This document shows, in pieces, positions 25,765 through 34,941 of a stretch of 52,808 bases of DNA (its first letter is position 1; the number at the start of each line of letters is the position of its first letter). This stretch comes from Polyangia bacterium (GTDB taxonomy: Bacteria > Myxococcota_A > Polyangia > Fen-1088), in contig DATKEU010000418.1 in NCBI GenBank assembly GCA_035544495.1, positions 1-52,808 of the forward strand. The letters are read 5' to 3'. Made by a program: the position numbers and the translations under genes. The notes under the pieces were generated by a model. That model saw only the letters and a program-made list of their open reading frames with translations, was not told the DNA's origin and did not search any database.

Positions 25765-26517
25765 ATGCAGTACCTCGGCCGCGGGCAGACGAGGGGCCTC
25801 GGTTTCGTGCTCGCCGGCTGTCTGTTGATGGTCGGTTCCGCATGTAGCTCCACCAGCAGCGAGAGCCCGAAGACCTCGGGCAGCGGCGGCGGAGGTGGGG
25901 CGCCGGGCACGGGTGGCGCGGCCGGAATGGGCAGCGGGGGCACCCCCTCCACCGGCGGTAACAGCGGCAGCGGCGGCAGCGTCGGCCCTGGTCCCGGCGA
26001 CGCCAGCGCCGACCAGGGCCCGGAGGTCGCCAGCGGCGGAGACGCCGCCAGCGATCCGCCGGGCGCGAACGTGGAGGTCAATCCCACCAGCGCGAACCTT
26101 TTCATGAACGCGGATTTCGCGACGGGTCTTCAGGGCTGGCAGACCACTGTCGAGCTCAAAGGCGATTCGATCATGAAGTCGGGGGCGGGCACGATCCTGA
26201 TTCACGGTGACGACGCCGTCGCCGCGGAGCGCGCGCTGGATCTGTTCCAGACGCAGATGGCGAACGGCAAGCCGTACCTGGTCTCGTTCGAGTTCGTGCG
26301 CCGCAACGCCCAGGGCACCCGTCCCGCTCAGGTGTACTGCCAGCAGTCGGACGGGGCGAAGACGGTCTATGGGCTGTCCACCTGCACCGTGACCAACGTC
26401 AAGGCGACCTGTCAGGCGACCTGCGCGCCTCCCGCCGGCGCCATGGTGAGCTTCGGGATTCACGCGGGCCAGAGCTTCCTCGACTTCTACGTCGACATGG
26501 CCAGCCTGCGGCAGTGA
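25765..26517 (+). CDS. Lipoprotein with a CBM4/9/22-like jelly-roll domain
   Basis: ORF 25681 is trimmed to ATG 25765, giving 'MQYLGRGQTRGLGFVLAGC' (lipobox LAGC) and a Gly-rich tether. The C-terminal ~140 aa begin 'NLFMNADFATGLQGWQ', a typical CBM_4_9-type opening. The assignment is tentative. Confidence 0.5.
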   Translation: MQYLGRGQTRGLGFVLAGCLLMVGSACSSTSSESPKTSGSGGGGGAPGTGGAAGMGSGGTPSTGGNSGSGGSVGPGPGDASADQGPEVASGGDAASDPPGANVEVNPTSANLFMNADFATGLQGWQTTVELKGDSIMKSGAGTILIHGDDAVAAERALDLFQTQMANGKPYLVSFEFVRRNAQGTRPAQVYCQQSDGAKTVYGLSTCTVTNVKATCQATCAPPAGAMVSFGIHAGQSFLDFYVDMASLRQ

Positions 26518-26548
26518 AGGCGGCCCGCCATCGCCGCCGGCGACCGCG

Positions 26549-28741
26549 TCAGCGCAGCGAGTAGAGCCGCGCCGAGCCGGCCGCCACGGTGGCGGGAAGC
26601 GCCTGCCGGGCGGTCGAGGCCTCGCCGCTCCAGAGATCGATGACGGCGTAGTCCGTCGCCCCATCGAGGCCGGCGCGGGCGAGATCGATCGATTCGTTCG
26701 CCGCGTTCGCTGCGAAGTTGAAGACGGCGACGTAGTGGACGTCGCCGTCGTGCAACACCAGCACGTTCGAGGGATCGGTGCCGGTGTTCCCCTCGACCGG
26801 ACGGAACGCCTTGCCCAGGCGCGCGACGGCGTTGATTCGCTCGTTGGTCAGGTTCGCGCGCGCGAGCGCCTGGGCCGGCGCCTGCGTCAGGTCGTCGCCG
26901 ATCAAGAAGACGGTGCCCGAAACGACCCCGGAGATCAGGCGCGACATGTTGTCCGTCGGTGTGAATCCCTCGAACACCATCTCGTCCGGATCGTTGAACC
27001 GGTAGATCGTCCCGTTCATCCACCAGCCGTACGTCGCCGAGTTCATCTGGTAGTGCGTGCTGAGAAGCCCGTTGGCGGCGCCGTAGGTGTCGCAGGCGAC
27101 GCGGCGAGAGTGCGCATAGCCGTAGGGGAACAGCGGCGCGATCGAGGCGCTGATGAACATCGTGCCGCCGATGCGGTCGACGATGTACTGCATCCCCTGA
27201 TTGAAGGCCTGGATCCCCGTCTGGACTTTCGCGTCGAAGCGCACGCTGCTCTCGAGGGAGCCGTGAGTGAGAAAATCGAGCTTCACGTACTCGAAGCCAC
27301 GCCGCCGGAAATCGTCGATGAACTTGTCGATGCGCCCTTTCGTCCCCGGGTGCGTCGGATCGATGGCGTAGGCCGTATCCAGCTCGATGGGTTTGCCGGC
27401 CGCATCGCGCAGCCACACGTCGCTGTAGACATACTTGGTCCCGTCGACCTGCGAGGTGCCGGTCTTTCCCCAGTCGACGAACGGGCTCCAGTAGATCCCC
27501 GCCTTCTGACCGTTGGCGTGGCAGTGCGCGACGAAGGCGTCCAGCTGCGCGCTGGAAAGGTTGTCCCAGTACGAGTCGAGGTTGATGTAGACGGTGCCGT
27601 CGCTGGAAAAGCCGGTGCTCTGCAGGTTTTGCTTGATGAAGTCGGCGACGCCGATCGCCTTGTCGAAGCTGACCTTGGTCTGCAGCTGGCCCCAGCTGTT
27701 CCAGCCGAAAGGAACGCCGCCGCTCCAGGGCAGCGCCGGCCGCACGGCCAGGTTCGCTTGCGCGTACTCCTCCATCAGGTCGCGCCAGTCGGGCGCGTAG
27801 CCCACGAAGACGGTGGGCGACGAGATCGCGTCGCCCTTCACCTTGCCGTGCGGAAGGACGTCGCGCGTGTGGCCCTTGTCGCTGGCGCCCCCGAACACGG
27901 TCAGGGCGTCGAGGCGGTCGTTCGAGCCGGCGTGAGAGATGCCGGTCTTCCAGGTGTCGTGCGTGACGGAACCAACCACGATCCCGTTTCGCGTCTGATT
28001 GTCGTAGACGGCCGACACTTCATACGACGTGCCGGCGGCGGCGATCGGGTGGGCGTCATAGGCGATCCAGGCGTCGTTGTCGAACGGCACGTCGAGCACG
28101 CGAACGTCACCGGCTCCAGCGCCGGCGACGTCGACGCCGCCGGCGGTGTCCATCACCACGGGCGAGATCCAGTTGGTGGCGAGGCCCGCGCCCTTGACCG
28201 TCAGTCGGGCCAAAAACTTGTCGCCGCCGTCCAGCACGAACGACTGTTCCAGCGTGGGAAGCCCGTCGCCGGTGCTGGTGACGACACTTTCGTCGCCGCG
28301 CACCACGCAGGCGCGCGTCCGGTACATCGTCGTCTTCGCGCGCGCCGGAAGGTCGACGGCGGCGTAGAAATCCGCGACCTTCCTGACGCCGTCGTAGAAG
28401 AAAGACGCCGTCCCGCGGACGAGATCGTAGTCGAGCCGGACCTTCCCGCGCGTCCAGGTGACGACGTCCCCGGCCGGCGCGCAGGGGATCGGCGGCCCGT
28501 CTGCGCTGGCATCGGCCGATGAGGGGAAGCCCCCGCCCTCCTCGCCCGCCGCCGCGTCGCCGGGCTGGCCTGCGTCGCCCGCGGAGCCGGACGTGTCGCC
28601 AGGAAGTCCCGCCCCGTCGGACGCAACATCGCCGGGCGCGGCGTCCCGAGCCCCCGCGCGTGGCGACAGGGCACCGGAACAGGCGATCAGGTCAAGGGCA
28701 ATGCCAATGCCGGCGACGAGAGCGATGGGCGCGCGATGCAC
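26549..28741 (-). CDS. Clan GH-D (GH27/GH36-like, alpha-galactosidase/melibiase-type) glycoside hydrolase lipoprotein with a ~330-aa N-terminal extension
   Basis: ORF 26549..28891 is trimmed to GTG 28741, with GGAGGGAGG 11 nt upstream. Lipoprotein signal 'VHRAPIALVAGIGIALDLIAC'. The catalytic region reads 'VPFGWNSWGQL...VYINLDSYWDN...GQKAGIYWSPF...RRGFEYVKLDFL', which parallels GH27 'GWNSW ... DDCW ... GIY ... YLKYD'. ATG 28795 or 28780 are alternative starts. Confidence 0.65.
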   Translation of the reverse strand: MHRAPIALVAGIGIALDLIACSGALSPRAGARDAAPGDVASDGAGLPGDTSGSAGDAGQPGDAAAGEEGGGFPSSADASADGPPIPCAPAGDVVTWTRGKVRLDYDLVRGTASFFYDGVRKVADFYAAVDLPARAKTTMYRTRACVVRGDESVVTSTGDGLPTLEQSFVLDGGDKFLARLTVKGAGLATNWISPVVMDTAGGVDVAGAGAGDVRVLDVPFDNDAWIAYDAHPIAAAGTSYEVSAVYDNQTRNGIVVGSVTHDTWKTGISHAGSNDRLDALTVFGGASDKGHTRDVLPHGKVKGDAISSPTVFVGYAPDWRDLMEEYAQANLAVRPALPWSGGVPFGWNSWGQLQTKVSFDKAIGVADFIKQNLQSTGFSSDGTVYINLDSYWDNLSSAQLDAFVAHCHANGQKAGIYWSPFVDWGKTGTSQVDGTKYVYSDVWLRDAAGKPIELDTAYAIDPTHPGTKGRIDKFIDDFRRRGFEYVKLDFLTHGSLESSVRFDAKVQTGIQAFNQGMQYIVDRIGGTMFISASIAPLFPYGYAHSRRVACDTYGAANGLLSTHYQMNSATYGWWMNGTIYRFNDPDEMVFEGFTPTDNMSRLISGVVSGTVFLIGDDLTQAPAQALARANLTNERINAVARLGKAFRPVEGNTGTDPSNVLVLHDGDVHYVAVFNFAANAANESIDLARAGLDGATDYAVIDLWSGEASTARQALPATVAAGSARLYSLR

Positions 28742-28876
28742 GGGAAGGGGGACCTCCCTCCGGGAACCGAACACTACCATCAATGGCGCCCGCATTTCTG
28801 CGGACTTCGCGCAGTCAGTCGCGATTGATGGCGACGCCGCGGCTGCTGGGGCGCCGCCGCGTTTTCGGCGCTCAGG

Positions 28877-28892
28877 AATCCACAAATCCACA
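28877..28892. repeat. Tandem direct 8-mer AATCCACA x2 in a divergent promoter region
   Basis: 'aatccacaaatccaca' was read directly. It lies in the lower-GC 517-nt gap between the GH27/36-like and CE4 genes. Confidence 0.85.
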
Positions 28893-29016
28893 AAACTTGC
28901 CGCTGACAGTCCTTGGCAACCCGTACCGCCAGCGGCGCCAGGAAAATGACGGTCGACGACGCCACTGTCGGCCGCTGCGACGCGCTCAATGCGTGAAGTC
29001 GCGAATTCAATGCAAA

Positions 29017-29040
29017 GAAGACGGTCTTCCTCGTTATACT
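29017..29040 (+). promoter_or_regulatory. Palindrome GAAGAC-g-GTCTTC followed by a -10-like TATACT (candidate operator/promoter)
   Basis: 'gaagacggtcttc' (29017-29029) is a perfect 6+1+6 palindrome. 'tatact' follows at 29035-29040. Only a weak -35 ('tgcaaa') is present. The orientation and the gene served are unknown. Confidence 0.25.
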
Positions 29041-29258
29041 AATGCTGTGACCGACGCGGACGCATTCATCCCCCGAGATGTGGTTCGACCGTCCACCTCG
29101 ACTCCGGTGTCGCGTCTTTCGCCAGCCGCGACTGGGGCACTGTCAGAGTCGTCGTCGATGAACGACGAGGCCGGTCTCTTTCACTCAAGGGCGAGACAGT
29201 TCATCGCGCGCCGGTCGGACCCGTGCCGGGCGCGCCCGGGCACTCGGGGAGAACCTTG

Positions 29259-30269
29259 ATGTCGAAGCGCGAGCAGGCCGCCCACCTCCTGGCCAAGACA
29301 GGCCTCGGGCGGCTTCTCTCCTGGCTGGGCCGCTGGGAAGGCCTTTTGGTGATGAACTACCATCGCATCGGCGACAGCCGGGGAACCGAGGACGACGAGG
29401 CGTTGTTCAGCGCGACGGCCGAGGCGTTCGACTCCCAGCTGCAGTCGCTGGCGGCCAACTGCGACGTCATCGGTTCCGAGGATCTGGATCTGGTTCTGGC
29501 CGGCGGGCGCCGCGGCCGCTTCGTGCACATCACGTTCGACGACGGCTACCGGGACAACTTCACGCTGGCGCTGCCGCTTCTGCGGGCCCGGGGCCTGGGA
29601 GCCACGTTCTTCGTCACCACCGACTTCATCGATCAGCGGGGGGGCGCGTGGTGGGACGAGATAGCCTGGATGGCCAGGCACAGCGCCCGCCCCGTCATCG
29701 AGCCAAACGACTTCTTCAGCGAGCCGGTGCGCCTGGGCCCGGGAGCGAACACGCTGCTGATGGCCATCCACTTCTTGCTGGGCGTGTACAAGCGCATGAA
29801 GGCGGCGGACACGGAGCGCTTCGTCGACTTCCTGGCCGAAGCGACCGGCGCCGGCCGCCGCCCCACGGGGACACACGAGTCGACCTGGATGACGTGGAAG
29901 ATGCTACGCGAGGCGGCCTCCGCCGGCATCGGGATCGGCGGCCATACGGTCACGCATCCGGTGCTGACGCGTCTGCCGCCGGAGCAACAGGTGTGGCAGA
30001 TCGAGCAGTGCCGCTCGCGCATCGAGCAGGAGGTCGGACGGCCGATGCGTCTGTTCAGCTATCCGACCGGCGGTCGCGGCTCGTTCGACGATCACACGCG
30101 CGCGTCGCTGGCGCGCAACGACGTGCGCTATGCCTTCAGCTACTATGGGGGCTACCAGTCCACGCGCCGCTGGGACCGGTTCGACATCAGGCGCGTGGCC
30201 GTCGAGGCGGCGCTGGACCCCCATTCGTTCGAAAGCCTGTTTCGCCTGCCGCAGCTGTTCGCCAGCTGA
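29259..30269 (+). CDS. Polysaccharide deacetylase (carbohydrate esterase family 4, NodB homology domain)
   Basis: ATG 29259 has GGGGAGA 6 nt upstream. CE4 motif 1 is 'HITFDDGYRDN', motif 2 is 'GGHTVTHPVL' and 'FSYPTG' is also present. No obvious signal peptide. Confidence 0.8.
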   Translation: MSKREQAAHLLAKTGLGRLLSWLGRWEGLLVMNYHRIGDSRGTEDDEALFSATAEAFDSQLQSLAANCDVIGSEDLDLVLAGGRRGRFVHITFDDGYRDNFTLALPLLRARGLGATFFVTTDFIDQRGGAWWDEIAWMARHSARPVIEPNDFFSEPVRLGPGANTLLMAIHFLLGVYKRMKAADTERFVDFLAEATGAGRRPTGTHESTWMTWKMLREAASAGIGIGGHTVTHPVLTRLPPEQQVWQIEQCRSRIEQEVGRPMRLFSYPTGGRGSFDDHTRASLARNDVRYAFSYYGGYQSTRRWDRFDIRRVAVEAALDPHSFESLFRLPQLFAS

Positions 30270-30326
30270 GGCGTCCATGATGGCGGCGGCGCCGGTCGGC
30301 GGCGCCGGGCGAAAAACGCCGGCCGA

Positions 30327-30356
30327 TTGACCCGCCAAGGGCGGGCTCGATACTCT
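30327..30356 (+). promoter_or_regulatory. Candidate sigma-70-type promoter for the PNGase F-like gene
   Basis: TTGACC (30327-30332), an 18-nt spacer, then TACTCT (30351-30356), about 30 nt upstream of the start. It was matched by eye only, and myxobacterial promoters often deviate from the E. coli consensus. Confidence 0.3.
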
Positions 30357-30388
30357 CTCCGCGGCCCCCCCGGCAAGGAGTGTCGGCC

Positions 30389-31633
30389 GTGCATCGCCCC
30401 GAACCTGTTCGCTGGTCCGCGCGTCAACTGTCGTCCTGGCTGAGCTGCCTGGCAGCCGCGGCTGCGTTCGGGTTGCTGGCCTGTTCGTCCGCGACACCGG
30501 CCGGTGGAGACGGCAGCGGCGGTGCGCCGGCGGTCACCACCGGAAGCGGCGGCGCACCCGGCGGCACGGGCAGCGGCGGGGCCGCCACCGGCAGCGGCGG
30601 TGCGCCGGGCGGGAGCGGCGGCGGCCTTGGGCTTGACGGCGGCGCGGAGGTGGGCGCGAACGGCGGCAACCCCGGGCCCAGCATGACGGTCACGGCGTTC
30701 CAGGGCACCTACGTCTACTTCACCCCGACGGACAACAAGCGGATCATCGACGCGCCGGTGACGTTCCCGGAGATGCCGGCCACGTTTCAGCAGATCATGT
30801 TGAACCTGGCCCTGCGCTGCCCGCCCGCCGGCGGCTGCGACTTCTGGGACCGCCGCGCCTTCATCGGCATCGTGAACGGCAGCGGCGACGGAGCCACCGT
30901 CACCGAGATCGCCCGCTTCATGACCCCCTACCGGGTGTCGGCCAGCTGGACGCTGGACGTGACCGCGCTGCGCCCGCTGCTGTCGGGCACGATCACGATG
31001 CGCGTGTTCATCGATACCTGGGTCGGCCCGATGAACGCGCAGGGGGGCGGCTGGCTGGTCGACGCCAGCTTCGACATGAAGGGCGGCGTCCCGGCCAAGG
31101 AGCCGCTGGCCGTGATCCGGCTGTGGGACGAGACCGCCGTCGACTATGGCGATCCGGCCAAGCCCACCACCGGCGCCGCGCCCGACCGCATGATCACCAT
31201 CCCGCCGGAGGCCACGTCGGTCGAGCTGCGATCGTTCATCACCGGCCACGGCCAGGGCAACGCCGAGAACTGCGCCGAATTCTGCGGCAAGAGCCACACC
31301 TTCACCGTCGGCGGCGTGCCCGTCCAGCGGCTGGTCTGGCGAACGGATTGCGCGACCACCGCCGTCCGCGGCCAGGCCGGGACCTATCAGTATCCGCGCG
31401 CCGGCTGGTGCCCCGGCGCGATGGTCGCGCCCTGGGTCGCGGACGTCACCGCCGCCGCCCAGCCCGGCGCGCAGATCCCGATCGCCTATTCGATCGCCGC
31501 CTACGAAAACACCTGCCGGCCCGACGCGCCGATGTGCAGCGGGTGCACCCTGGGCGGAACCTGCGCCTACGACGGCGGCGGACACACCGCCCCGTTCTTC
31601 GATCTGTCCGCCGTGCTGATCGCGTATCGCTGA
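30389..31633 (+). CDS. Peptide-N4-(N-acetyl-beta-glucosaminyl)asparagine amidase F (PNGase F) family lipoprotein
   Basis: GTG 30389 lies 8 nt after AAGGAG. Lipoprotein signal '...AAAAFGLLAC' plus a Gly-rich tether. Blockwise match to Elizabethkingia PNGase F as I recall it: 'CDFWDRRAFIGIV' (CDEWDRYANVYV), 'IARFMTPYRVS' (IGRFITPYWVG), 'DVTALRPLLSGTITMRVFIDTWV' (DVTDFKSLLSGNTELKIYTETWL), 'ITGHGQGNAENCAEFCGKSHTF' (ISGWGHA...GCAEWCFRTHTI), 'RAGWCPGAMVAP' (RAGWCPGMAVPT). Confidence 0.8.
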   Translation: MHRPEPVRWSARQLSSWLSCLAAAAAFGLLACSSATPAGGDGSGGAPAVTTGSGGAPGGTGSGGAATGSGGAPGGSGGGLGLDGGAEVGANGGNPGPSMTVTAFQGTYVYFTPTDNKRIIDAPVTFPEMPATFQQIMLNLALRCPPAGGCDFWDRRAFIGIVNGSGDGATVTEIARFMTPYRVSASWTLDVTALRPLLSGTITMRVFIDTWVGPMNAQGGGWLVDASFDMKGGVPAKEPLAVIRLWDETAVDYGDPAKPTTGAAPDRMITIPPEATSVELRSFITGHGQGNAENCAEFCGKSHTFTVGGVPVQRLVWRTDCATTAVRGQAGTYQYPRAGWCPGAMVAPWVADVTAAAQPGAQIPIAYSIAAYENTCRPDAPMCSGCTLGGTCAYDGGGHTAPFFDLSAVLIAYR

Positions 31634-31639
31634 GCGCGA

Positions 31640-32336
<697 letters not shown>

Positions 32337-32344
<8 letters not shown>

Positions 32345-33107
32345 CGCGCGCCTGCCCATAGCGCCGGCCGAGGTACGCCGACACCACCGACGGGTGGTGC
32401 AGCACCTCGTCGGGCGAGCCCTGGGTCAGCACCTGGCCGCCGGCGAGCACGACCACGCGATCGCACAGGCTGCGGATGGCCTTCATGACGTGCTCGATGA
32501 CCACCACGGTGACGCCGCCGGCGCGGATGCGCTTGACCAGCGCCACCGCCTCGTCGATCTCGCCGCTGTTCAGCCCGGCCATCACCTCGTCGAGGAACAG
32601 CAGCACAGGGCGCATGGCCAGCGCGCGCGCCAGCTCGAGGCGCTTGCGCTCCGGGACGTTCAGGCTCTCGGCGAGGGCGGCGGCGCGATGCTCGAGGCCG
32701 CACAGGGCCAGCGTCTCGGCGGCGCGCGCGCGGGCGGAGGCGATGTCGCGGGGCCCGCCCGCGCGGCCGAACAGGCCGCCCACCATCACGTTCTCCAGCA
32801 CCGTCAGCGACGGGAATGGCTTCACCACCTGGAATGTCCGCGCGATCCCCAGGCGGCTGATCTCGTACGGGGCCAGCCCCGCCAGCGGCCGGCCGCCGAG
32901 CGCGGCCGTCCCCGCCGAATATGGCAGCGCGCCCGTGAGCACGTTCACCAGCGTCGTCTTGCCCGATCCGTTCGGGCCGATGATTCCCAGGATCTCGCCG
33001 GCGCGCAGCGCGAAGCTGACGTTCGACACGGCGGCCAGGCCCCCGAAGCGCTTGCTCACGCCGCGCGCCTCGAACAGGACGTCGTTTGCCGCCGCCGCCT
33101 CAGACAC
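32337..33107 (-). CDS. livG: Branched-chain amino-acid (HAAT family) ABC transporter ATP-binding protein
   Basis: The GTG start overlaps the livM stop by 8 nt. Motifs are 'LFEARGVSKRFGGLAAV', Walker A 'GPNGSGKTT' and Walker B 'LLFLDEVMAGL'. Confidence 0.85.
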
Positions 33108-34059
33108 GGTACTGCCGCACGTTCGCCAGGAGCTTGCGCGGTGACAGCTGCCGGCGCACCAGCGCGTCCAGCAGCCCCTTGGGCAAGAACAGCACCACCG
33201 CGATCACCACCAGGCCGTTGCCGAGCTCGGCCAGCGTCTCGAGGTGCGTCGACAGCCCCTCGAAGATCGACACCAGCACGGCGGCGCCGAGCAGCGGCCC
33301 CAGCACGGTGCCCACGCCGCCGAACACGGCGATGATGATCATGCGGATGGTCCAGGAGACCTTGAAGACCTCGCCGGGATCGAGAAACGTGATCCAGTAG
33401 CCGTAGACGCCGCCCGCCAGGCCCGCCAGGCCGCCGCTGAGCGCGAAGGCCGCCGTCTTGTAGCGCGCGGCCGGGATGCCCAGCGCCGACGCCGCGTCCT
33501 CGTCCTCGCGGATGGCGCGCAGGCCGTAGCCGAAGCGCGCGCGCGCGATCCAGGCGTTGGCCAGCACCGCCAGCGCCAGCACCGCCAGCATCAGGTAGAA
33601 GAACGGCAGCGGGCTGCGCACCATCGGCAGGTTCAGGCCGCCGCCGCCGCCGGTGACGGACAGGTTGGTGACGATCTCGCGCGTGGTCTCGGTGACGCCC
33701 AGGGTGGCGATGGCGAAGTACTGGCCGCGCAGGCGCAGCACGGCCGTCCCGACGAGCGCCGCGAACGCCATCGCCGCCGCGCCGCCCGCTGGCAGCGCCA
33801 GCGCGAACGGCCAGCGCGCCGCCACCAGCAACACGCCCGTGGTGTACGCGCCGACGCCGAAGAAGCCGGCGTTGCCGAACGACGCGTAGCCGGTGAACCC
33901 GCCGATGATGTTCCAGCTCTCGGCCAGGATGGCCAGCATGAAGAAGTTGATGAGGAACTGGACCAGGAACGGCGAGACCAGCGCCGGCGCCGCAACCAGG
34001 AGCGCGCAGCCCGCGATGCCCAGCGCGACGGCGACGCGCCGGCCGCCGCGCGCGCTCAC
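33100..34059 (-). CDS. livM: Branched-chain amino-acid ABC transporter permease
   Basis: ORF 33100..34302 is trimmed to GTG 34059, which overlaps the livH stop as GTGA. It is polytopic, with 'ESWNIIGGFTGYASFGNAGFFGVGAYT' typical of LivM-type permeases. Confidence 0.8.
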   Translation of the reverse strand: MSARGGRRVAVALGIAGCALLVAAPALVSPFLVQFLINFFMLAILAESWNIIGGFTGYASFGNAGFFGVGAYTTGVLLVAARWPFALALPAGGAAAMAFAALVGTAVLRLRGQYFAIATLGVTETTREIVTNLSVTGGGGGLNLPMVRSPLPFFYLMLAVLALAVLANAWIARARFGYGLRAIREDEDAASALGIPAARYKTAAFALSGGLAGLAGGVYGYWITFLDPGEVFKVSWTIRMIIIAVFGGVGTVLGPLLGAAVLVSIFEGLSTHLETLAELGNGLVVIAVVLFLPKGLLDALVRRQLSPRKLLANVRQYRV

Positions 34060-34916
34060 GGGGCTCTCCCCAGCAAACCGGTCGGGCGGATGCTGAGCAC
34101 CAGGACCAGCAGCCCGAAGCTGAAGACGTTGGCGTAAGTCGGGCCGAGGTACGTCGACGCGAACGCCTCGATCACGCCCAGCACCACGCCCCCGACCAGC
34201 GGCCCCAGCATCGTCCCCAGCCCGCCCAGCACGTTGACGGCGAACGCCTTCAGCGTCAGCGGCCCGCCCATGGTCGGCGTGATCGGGAACAGCGTCCCCC
34301 ACAGCGCGCCCGCCGCCCCCGCCAGCGCCGCGCCCAGCCCGAAGGTCACCGCGTAGATGTGCGCCACCGGGATGCCGGACAGGCGCGCCGCGCGCAGGTC
34401 CTGGGCCGTGGCGCGGATCGCGCGGCCGAGGCGCGTGCGTTCGATGACCAGCAGGAACAGCGCGGACAGGGCCGCCGCGGTGAAGAAGACGCCCAGCCGC
34501 ACGTGCGGGATGGTCAAGCCGGCGACGTCCAGGTGTGCCCCCTGATAGCGCGGCGTCACCTGGCGCAGGTCCGACGACCAGAGCAGCCGGGCCAGGTTCT
34601 CCATCACGACGCCGATGCCGAAGGTGACGAGCAGGGTTGAAAACAGCTGCGCGCGCACGATCAGGTTCAGCAGAAAGCGCTGGACGAGATAGCCGAGCGC
34701 GAAGAAGGCGGCCAGGGTCACCGGCAGCGCCAGGAACGGATCCCAGCCGAGCAGCGTGAAGGTCCAGAAGCCGAAGTACGCGCCCAGCATGATGAGGGCG
34801 CCGTGCGCGATGTTGATGATTTTCATCACCCCCCAGATCAGCGACATGCCGAGGGCCATGATCCCGTACACGCCTCCGAGGAGGACGCCGTTCACCAGGA
34901 CCTGGACGGCCAGCAT
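34056..34916 (-). CDS. livH: Branched-chain amino-acid ABC transporter permease
   Basis: 'MLAVQVLVNGVLLGGVYGIMALGMSLIWGVMKIINIAHG' is the typical LivH N-terminus. The protein is polytopic. Confidence 0.85.
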   Translation of the reverse strand: MLAVQVLVNGVLLGGVYGIMALGMSLIWGVMKIINIAHGALIMLGAYFGFWTFTLLGWDPFLALPVTLAAFFALGYLVQRFLLNLIVRAQLFSTLLVTFGIGVVMENLARLLWSSDLRQVTPRYQGAHLDVAGLTIPHVRLGVFFTAAALSALFLLVIERTRLGRAIRATAQDLRAARLSGIPVAHIYAVTFGLGAALAGAAGALWGTLFPITPTMGGPLTLKAFAVNVLGGLGTMLGPLVGGVVLGVIEAFASTYLGPTYANVFSFGLLVLVLSIRPTGLLGRAP

Positions 34917-34941
34917 GGGCGCGCGCCGCTGCTTCGCGCGG

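Noticed and set aside
25557-26105. A 183-aa N-terminal extension of the GH2 ORF ('MKRFALVGLTSTF...').
   Set aside because: It runs antisense to the CBM-like lipoprotein gene and across the divergent promoter gap. The ATG at 25556 gives a proper lipoprotein signal peptide.
28780-29010. A 76-aa minus-strand ORF in the 517-nt intergenic region.
   Set aside because: Third-position GC is only about two-thirds by hand count, versus near-saturation in real genes here. There is no signal or motif, and it overlaps the discarded 5' extension of the GH27/36-like ORF.
29078-29100. A tRNA-like 'gtggttcgaccgtccac' (GGTTCGA-type T-loop resemblance).
   Set aside because: The stem is only 4 bp with a 9-nt loop. 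No acceptor, D or anticodon arms can be built from the flanking sequence. No tRNA, rRNA or CRISPR repeats were seen anywhere in the window.
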